A stretch of DNA of 64,000 nt from Gammaproteobacteria bacterium (GTDB taxonomy: Bacteria > Pseudomonadota > Gammaproteobacteria > BMS3Bbin11), in NCBI GenBank assembly GCA_013150915.1, contig JAADJE010000084.1:136-64135 (forward strand). Direction: 5' to 3'. The notes below the pieces were generated by a model. The model had not been told where the DNA came from and searched no databases. It saw nothing but the letters and a program-made list of their open reading frames with translations. Within the stretch, counting starts at the first letter, position 1. The number at the start of each line of letters is the position of its first letter. A program made the position numbers and the translations under genes. This document shows, piece by piece, positions 57,791 to 64,000 of the stretch.

Positions 57791-59146
57791 TTATTTTCCA
57801 ATACAAAATGAACTGAATATTTTTCCAAGCAGATCTTCACTGCCAAATTCACCGGTGATCTCATTCAATGAATTCTGTGCCCGTCGACAGTCTTCTGCAA
57901 ACAACTCCAGTTGTACCGATGCTGAAATGTGCCTGCCTGCATCTTGTAATGAAACATCCGCTTTTTGCAGGGCCTCAACGTGCCTGCGCCGGGCAGTATA
58001 AACACCTTCGCTCAGGGTATCTGACGACGTGATTTCTTTCAGGTGTCGATAGAGCAAATCGAGTCCGGCGCCTGATTTTATAGATAACAAAATTTCGACC
58101 CATCGTTCCCGATATTTTATTTCTGGCTCTCTGTTCTGTAGATCTATCTTGTTTCTAATAATTGTCACGGGAATATCATGTTCAAGGTATGACATCAGGG
58201 CATTCCTGGATGCTTCTGAGTAATCTGCCTCGTCAATTATCAGCAAAACCCTGTCTGCACTTTCCAGTTCATTTTTTGTTCGTCTGATACCCTCTGATTC
58301 TATCGTATCTGATGCCTGTCTAAGGCCCGCTGTATCAGAGATGTCTATCACGATCCCATCAAGATCTATTCGGTCCCGAATGATGTCTCGTGTCGTGCCT
58401 GGCTGCTCGCTGACAATGGCCGTATCATTTTTTGTCAGCACGTTGAGTAAGCTTGATTTTCCTGCATTTGGCCTGCCTACAAGTACCAGGTGAAAACCAT
58501 CCCTTAATAAACTGCCGTTTCGTGCAAAACGCAGCAACGGTTTGATTTTCTCTTGCACAGATAAAAGTCTCTGTTCAACCTCCTTAACCGGAAGCTCGTC
58601 GATTTCCTCATCTGGAAAGTCTAAACAGGCTTCTGCCAGCATTCGTAGATGTATAAGACCTTCTAAGAGCGCGTATATTTCTTTAGAGAAATCACCCTGT
58701 AAGGAACGCATGGCACCGCGCACAGCAGAACGCGTCTGTCCTTCGATTAGATCAGCAATTGCTTCCGCCTGGCTAAGGTCAATCTTACCGTTTAAAAATG
58801 CACGTTCTGAAAACTCGCCTGCCCTTGCCTGACGGCATCCAAGCGAAAGAATATGCTCAAGCAGCATATCTTGTAACACCATCCCTCCATGTCCCTGCAC
58901 CTCAAGAACGTCTTCGCCGGTAAAGGAATTTGGTGCGGGAAAGAATATCAGCAATACCCGATCAATCAGACGCTGTTGCTGATCATAAATTTTGACCAGT
59001 GTTGCCTTGCGAGGCTCCAGCTTCCCAGCAAATAACTGCCGCTGGATATCACAGACAGCAGGACCTGACAGTCGGATTATCCCGATGCCCGCATTGCCAC
59101 GTGCTGTGGCAATGGCGGCGATGGTGTCAGAGTTACCTGTTGTCAA
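57791..59146 (-). CDS. mnmE: tRNA modification GTPase MnmE
   Basis: DTIAAIAT, SFTGED, GRPNAGKSS, DTAG, NKID, FCIGK. Confidence 0.97.
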   Translation of the reverse strand: MTTGNSDTIAAIATARGNAGIGIIRLSGPAVCDIQRQLFAGKLEPRKATLVKIYDQQQRLIDRVLLIFFPAPNSFTGEDVLEVQGHGGMVLQDMLLEHILSLGCRQARAGEFSERAFLNGKIDLSQAEAIADLIEGQTRSAVRGAMRSLQGDFSKEIYALLEGLIHLRMLAEACLDFPDEEIDELPVKEVEQRLLSVQEKIKPLLRFARNGSLLRDGFHLVLVGRPNAGKSSLLNVLTKNDTAIVSEQPGTTRDIIRDRIDLDGIVIDISDTAGLRQASDTIESEGIRRTKNELESADRVLLIIDEADYSEASRNALMSYLEHDIPVTIIRNKIDLQNREPEIKYRERWVEILLSIKSGAGLDLLYRHLKEITSSDTLSEGVYTARRRHVEALQKADVSLQDAGRHISASVQLELFAEDCRRAQNSLNEITGEFGSEDLLGKIFSSFCIGK

Positions 59147-59169
59147 CGAAACGAGTCAAGGGGAGGGGC

Positions 59170-60834
59170 CTAAACACCCATTTTTTTGTTAATCGTATAT
59201 TGCTGGGCGATCGTCAACAAATTGTTTACGGTCCAGTACAATACCAGGCCCGACGGGAAAAACAGGAAGAAGAAAGTAAAGACAATTGGCATCGCCATCA
59301 TAATCTTCTTCTGCAGGGGATCCATCGCAACAGCACTGAGCAGTTGTTGCCCCAGCATGGATGCTCCCATCAGTATTGGCAGGACAAAATAAGGGTCCGG
59401 TGCTGACAGATCCTTGATCCAGAAAATCCAGGGGGCCTGGCGTAACTCGACGCTCTCCAGCAGGGCCCAGTACAGGGCAATAAAAACAGGGATCTGAATC
59501 AGTACTGGCAGACAGCCACCCAGAGGGTTTATCTTTTCCTCCTTATACAGCTTCATCATTGCTTGATTCAGCTTCTGCTTGTCATCACTAAAACGCTCTT
59601 TCAGGGTTTTTATCCTGGGCGTCATTTTCCGCATGTTGGCCATTGATTTATGGCTGGCAGCAGAAAGTGGATAAAACATGAGCTTAATCAGAATGGTCAG
59701 AATAATAATTGCCCAGCCCCAGTTACCCACCACTAGATGGATCTTGTCGAGTAACCAGTAAAGGGGTGACGAAATAGGCGTTAACCAGCCATAATCTACG
59801 GTAAGCTCCAGGCCCGGAGCCGCCTTAGCGAGCCTTCTTGTTTCTTTTGGTCCTATGTATATGCGGGTTGAAAGCTCCCCGGCCGCACCAGGCTGTATGC
59901 TTAATGGCTCCAGCGTCTTATATCCAATAAAATATCGGCTGCCGTCTAATTCATTGGTAAATATTTCATAGTCCCCGTCATCTTCAAGCAACCAGGCACC
60001 GACAAAGTAGTGTTGCAACATACCTACCCAGCCATTTGTTGTCAGAATAGACAGGTCCTCATCCTGCATGTCTGAAAATTTGATTTTTCTGTACTTGTCC
60101 TGCTTGTTATAGATTGCTCCACCTGTATAGCTTGGTACCATTCCCGCTGGATTAAATGTCTTCTTGCCTTTATTCTGCGACCTCAGAAATTGATGGTATT
60201 GAAAACCATTCCAAATCGTTGAACTCCTGTTAAACACCTTGAATATTATGTCTACTGTGTAGCTGTTGCGATGAAACCTGTAGATCTTCTTGTAGCTAAT
60301 GCCGTCCGGTGAATTCCAGACAAACTCGACGTCCAGTGTGTCCTGCCCATCGGGCAGACGGTACGATTTTTTTGACACCGTAAACAGTGTTTTGTGGGTT
60401 GGGAATTCTCTTCCTTGCACAAGTAACCCACCCTGTGTTGTATAAATATCTTTTCCGGCATCATTCATAAGCTGAAACAGCTCATCGGGATGATTTATAT
60501 CAACAGTGTATTTTCTCAGCCATACTTTATTGAAACCAGCCCCATAGGTATTTAGCTCAACCTTAAGGAGATCGGTTTCGATTGTTACCGCTTCACCGGA
60601 ACGTACAGGATTCGACAATAATTCTGTTTTAGGGGTTCCCTGTGCCGACACAGAGACGTCAGAGCCTGTCTTTGGTGTAGCTGGAATGGCTCCCTTATCA
60701 ACAACCTTGTCGGTGACTGTTTTCTGTTTTTCCTGTGCCGGCTGTTGTGGTGTACTGTATTCTACCCATGACTGCCAAAGTATTAAGGAAAGAAGGCCCA
60801 GTACCACAAAAAGTATTAATCTTTGATTATCCAT
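59170..60834 (-). CDS. yidC: Membrane protein insertase
   Basis: [28 protein letters not shown]. Confidence 0.97.
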   Translation of the reverse strand: MDNQRLILFVVLGLLSLILWQSWVEYSTPQQPAQEKQKTVTDKVVDKGAIPATPKTGSDVSVSAQGTPKTELLSNPVRSGEAVTIETDLLKVELNTYGAGFNKVWLRKYTVDINHPDELFQLMNDAGKDIYTTQGGLLVQGREFPTHKTLFTVSKKSYRLPDGQDTLDVEFVWNSPDGISYKKIYRFHRNSYTVDIIFKVFNRSSTIWNGFQYHQFLRSQNKGKKTFNPAGMVPSYTGGAIYNKQDKYRKIKFSDMQDEDLSILTTNGWVGMLQHYFVGAWLLEDDGDYEIFTNELDGSRYFIGYKTLEPLSIQPGAAGELSTRIYIGPKETRRLAKAAPGLELTVDYGWLTPISSPLYWLLDKIHLVVGNWGWAIIILTILIKLMFYPLSAASHKSMANMRKMTPRIKTLKERFSDDKQKLNQAMMKLYKEEKINPLGGCLPVLIQIPVFIALYWALLESVELRQAPWIFWIKDLSAPDPYFVLPILMGASMLGQQLLSAVAMDPLQKKIMMAMPIVFTFFFLFFPSGLVLYWTVNNLLTIAQQYTINKKMGV

Positions 60835-61072
60835 CTACATGTTCCTTGTGCTTACAGGGCACATAATCCAGGCCACCTTCATTCCACGGGTTGCAGCGGA
60901 AGACCCGTTGTATTGACATCCAGCCGCCCCGAAGAACGCCGTATTCCGCTATTGCCGTTGCAGCATATTCCGAACATGTGGGGTAAAAACGGCAGTGTTG
61001 GCCTAATAACGGGCTGATCCAGCGCTTATAAAACCTCAGTATACTTACAGGAATGTTACTCATCCGAACCAT
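60827..61072 (-). CDS. yidD: Membrane protein insertion efficiency factor
   Basis: [15 protein letters not shown]. Confidence 0.93.
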   Translation of the reverse strand: MVRMSNIPVSILRFYKRWISPLLGQHCRFYPTCSEYAATAIAEYGVLRGGWMSIQRVFRCNPWNEGGLDYVPCKHKEHVDG

Positions 61073-61074
61073 AA

Positions 61075-61425
61075 TTAGTACACATTGTCTGAATTTTTCC
61101 GCCAGTATGATTCAAGTGATGAGCGTAGAGTGAGCCGATCGATTCCTGCGGCCGCATTTTTTGCAACAACCACAAAATCGAGACCCTTGAGTAAATTTTT
61201 CTTACGTCTGAATGATTCCCGTATCTGTCTTTTAATCTGATTTCTCACAACGGCCCTTGGTGACACTTTACGGGAGACGACAACCCCCACTCTTGCCGTT
61301 TCAAGTTCGTTTGGGCAAACGATAACTAGAAAATATTTTCCATGGTGTCGCAGGCCTTTTTTGAACACGTGTTCATAATCGGCTTTCTCCAGCAGTCTGC
61401 TGGTTTTTTTTAAAGCCTCTGACAC
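61075..61425 (-). CDS. rnpA: Ribonuclease P protein component
   Basis: [22 protein letters not shown]; synteny with rpmH and yidD. Confidence 0.93.
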   Translation of the reverse strand: MSEALKKTSRLLEKADYEHVFKKGLRHHGKYFLVIVCPNELETARVGVVVSRKVSPRAVVRNQIKRQIRESFRRKKNLLKGLDFVVVAKNAAAGIDRLTLRSSLESYWRKNSDNVY

Positions 61426-61440
61426 GAAAAGGCTTAAATG

Positions 61441-61575
61441 TCAGGCGCTTAGTGAAGCACGGCCTCTAGCGCGTCGAGCATTGATAATTGCTCGACCACT
61501 ACGGGTTTTCATTCTTGCGCGAAAACCGTGACGACGTTTACGTTTTAACACACTGGGTTGAAATGTTCTTTTCAT
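61441..61575 (-). CDS. rpmH: 50S ribosomal protein L34 (missing from the ORF track)
   Basis: Manual translation [44 protein letters not shown]. Confidence 0.97.
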   Translation of the reverse strand: MKRTFQPSVLKRKRRHGFRARMKTRSGRAIINARRARGRASLSA

Positions 61576-61742
61576 GGTCTCGTCTTCGATATGTACCCCG
61601 AAAAACTTTTTCAGGCCACAGCCAGCAAAGAAGTTCGGTCAAAATGTAAAAGGGCGGAAAATGTACTTTTTGTTGGCTTTCATGTCAACCTGTATTTGGC
61701 TTTTCCGAAAAATCAGCCCCTGGAAAGATAAGTGCTTTTACC

Positions 61743-61751
61743 TGTGGATAA
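61743..61751 (-). promoter_or_regulatory. DnaA box in the rpmH-dnaA intergenic region
   Basis: TGTGGATAA = TTATCCACA, perfect consensus. Confidence 0.8.
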
Positions 61752-61875
61752 CTATAATTCTATTGGTTAAACTAGTAGGCCGCACATGCTGGTATTTTCT
61801 AAACATGCTGCAACGCTTAAATAATACATAATAATATAACTATATGATTATATTATATAAAACCAGGGAACTACT

Positions 61876-63231
61876 TTGCCTAGAAAAAGCTTATGGAATG
61901 ACTGTCTGTCGCACCTGGAAGGAGAGCTGTCCAGTAACCACTTTAATACCTGGATCCGTCCCCTACAGGCTGAAAAGGATCACAACAAATTATCCTTACT
62001 GGCACCAAATCGTTTTGTCAAGGACTGGGTAGAGACGCACTACCTGGATCGTATCACAGAAATTGCCAGTTCTGTTGGCAATACCGATTTTATTGTTAAT
62101 CTGAAAATCGGCAGTAAACATGTCATAAATGCTGATCGACCAATAGAAAAAAAAACGTTCGGCAATGGTGCGCGGAATAATGTCGGCAGAAAAAAAATAT
62201 GGCAGGATTTCCCCACCGCCCTAAATCCAAAATTTACATTCCACAGCCATGTTGCTGGCAAATCCAATCAACTGGCACGTGCGGCCGCGTTACAGGTTGG
62301 TGAAAATCCAGGTCAAACGTATAATCCATTATTCATCTATGGCGGCTCTGGTGTCGGTAAAACACACCTGATGCAGTCTGCCGGAAATATGATCCTCCAG
62401 CAAAAACCCACCGCAACGGTTGCTTATGTGCGGTCAGAATTTTTTGTTCAAGGGTTTGTTAAGGCCCTGCAACATGGAACCATTGCAGATTTTAAACTCC
62501 ACTATCGTTCTGTAGATGCCTTGCTAATTGATGATATTCATTTTTTTGCACGTAAAAATCAATCCCAGGAAGAGTTTTTCCATACCTTTAACTCCCTGTT
62601 GGATCTGAACCATCAGATTGTTATGACCAGCGATAGAATGCCGCAGGAAATTGAAGGGCTGGAAGAGCGCCTGGTTTCCCGATTCGGATCCGGCCTGACT
62701 GTTCCCATTGAGCCACCCGAACTTGAAACCAGAGTGGCGATTCTAATCACCAAAGCAGCAGAAATGGGGATCAACCTGGCACAGGAAGTTGCCTTTTTTA
62801 TTGCAAGACAAATTCGCTCTAATGTTCGTGAGCTTGAAGGGGGCCTGAACCGAATAGTTGCCAGTATGCGCTTCACAGGCCGTGAGATTGACCTCGACCT
62901 GGCAAAAGAGGCCCTCAAGGACATCGTCGGTTTTCAACAACGCATGATTAGCCTGGAAAACATACAGAAAACGGTTGCCGATTATTACAAGATCAGGGTC
63001 TCAGATATTCGATCAAAAAAACGGACCCGGAATATTACACGGCCCAGACAGATCGCAATGACCCTGTCAAAAGAATTAACAAACCATTCATTACCCGAGA
63101 TTGGAGACGCTTTTGGCGGTAGAGACCATACAACGGTCATCCATGCCTGCAAAAAAGTGAAAGAGCTGACTGATGATATACCTCAACTGAACGAGGATTA
63201 TGAAAACCTGTTAAAAATTCTCAGTAGTTGA
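61876..63231 (+). CDS. dnaA: Chromosomal replication initiator DnaA
   Basis: YNPLFIYGGSGVGKTHL, LLIDDI, QEEFFHTFN, NVRELEG, FGGRDHTTV. Confidence 0.98.
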   Translation: MPRKSLWNDCLSHLEGELSSNHFNTWIRPLQAEKDHNKLSLLAPNRFVKDWVETHYLDRITEIASSVGNTDFIVNLKIGSKHVINADRPIEKKTFGNGARNNVGRKKIWQDFPTALNPKFTFHSHVAGKSNQLARAAALQVGENPGQTYNPLFIYGGSGVGKTHLMQSAGNMILQQKPTATVAYVRSEFFVQGFVKALQHGTIADFKLHYRSVDALLIDDIHFFARKNQSQEEFFHTFNSLLDLNHQIVMTSDRMPQEIEGLEERLVSRFGSGLTVPIEPPELETRVAILITKAAEMGINLAQEVAFFIARQIRSNVRELEGGLNRIVASMRFTGREIDLDLAKEALKDIVGFQQRMISLENIQKTVADYYKIRVSDIRSKKRTRNITRPRQIAMTLSKELTNHSLPEIGDAFGGRDHTTVIHACKKVKELTDDIPQLNEDYENLLKILSS

Positions 63232-63440
63232 TGAATAAATTGGGGATAAATCAGAAATACGCTTATGATTACATACTTATGCACATTAACACACATTGTT
63301 TCCCCGCTATACCAAGCCGTTATCAACAGGGATATATTTTTTATAACCAATTGAATTAATAGAGAAATTTTGGCTTTTGCACAATGATTCTATGACTAAA
63401 CAGCAGTAGAAGTAATATATATATATAATAAGGTAATACT
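63232..63440. other. Probable oriC (dnaA-dnaN intergenic region)
   Basis: DnaA-box matches TGGGGATAA 63241, TTATGCACA 63277, TTATCAACA 63320, TTTTGCACA 63375; IHF-like 63344-63356; CAGCAGTAGAAGTAA trinucleotide run followed by an (AT)n tract. Confidence 0.75.
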
Positions 63441-64000
63441 ATGAAAATAACATTATCCAGAAGTGGGTTGCTCAAACCACTTACTTATGTAAGCAGTGTT
63501 GTAGAAAAGCGTCAAACATTACCCATACTATCAAATGTATTGCTGCAATTTGATGGTAAAAGCAGACTAAACCTTACGGGTACTGATCTTGAAGTTGAAG
63601 TCATTACATATTGTGATCAAGCAACAGGCGAAGCGGGTGAATTATCAATCAATGCCAGAAAATTGTTTGATATTACTCGAGCGTTGCCTGAAGATTCAAA
63701 AATATCAATTTCCACAGAAGAAAATGGCAGAGCCGTAATTCGCTCTGGGAAAAGCCGGTTTACCGTTCAAACACTGCCCGTTGATGATTTTCCTAAAATC
63801 GAAACAGAACAATGGAGCCAGGTCTGGAAATTACCCGCCCGCACGTTTAAGCAAGCACTTACTCGAACGGCATTTGCAATGGCGCAACAAGACGTACGAT
63901 TTTATCTAAATGGCCTGTTACTGGTTTCAGAAGGCGAAAAATTAAAAACCGTTGCAACCGATGGGCACAGGCTTGCGAAAACGGAATGCCCACTTACATC
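63441..64000 (+). CDS. dnaN: DNA polymerase III beta clamp (truncated by the window end)
   Basis: VVEKRQTLPILSNVL, GTDLEVE, AMAQQDVRFYLNG, ATDGHRLA. Confidence 0.97.
   Translation, partial: MKITLSRSGLLKPLTYVSSVVEKRQTLPILSNVLLQFDGKSRLNLTGTDLEVEVITYCDQATGEAGELSINARKLFDITRALPEDSKISISTEENGRAVIRSGKSRFTVQTLPVDDFPKIETEQWSQVWKLPARTFKQALTRTAFAMAQQDVRFYLNGLLLVSEGEKLKTVATDGHRLAKTECPLT

Noticed and set aside
61574-61831. 85-aa ORF between rpmH and dnaA
   Set aside because: AT-rich divergent promoter region containing a DnaA box; not protein-like

Overview
Origin-proximal 64 kb of a Gammaproteobacterium-like chromosome. It ends in the mnmE-yidC-yidD-rnpA-rpmH / dnaA-oriC-dnaN cluster. Housekeeping genes include speD, argS, priA, argF/argD/argG, pyrC, aceE-aceF-lpdA, gloA, the phoBR-pstSCAB-phoU regulon with two canonical Pho boxes, gor, prlC, glnE, ilvE and waaF. 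A ~15 kb accessory surface-glycan locus (29.3-44.3 kb) lies between phoU and gor. Its most unusual part is a YvcK/CofD-like domain fused to a degenerate GT2 domain, co-encoded with a HAD phosphatase and an NTP transferase and facing an intact GT2 and a GT-C/discoidin protein. The locus also holds a PHP-methyltransferase-GT4-GlpD-like operon and an S8 protease/beta-barrel protein. Other candidates are an orphan ExbB/MotA-like plus long coiled-coil ExbD/MotB-like pair, a ~160 bp palindromic MITE-like family (3 full copies and 1 partial) that supplies stop codons and a Shine-Dalgarno site, a DnaA-box/IHF cluster upstream of priA, a frameshifted waaF, and two gene remnants. I saw no tRNA, rRNA, CRISPR array, integrase or transposase. 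All family assignments are by motif recognition, without database searches.
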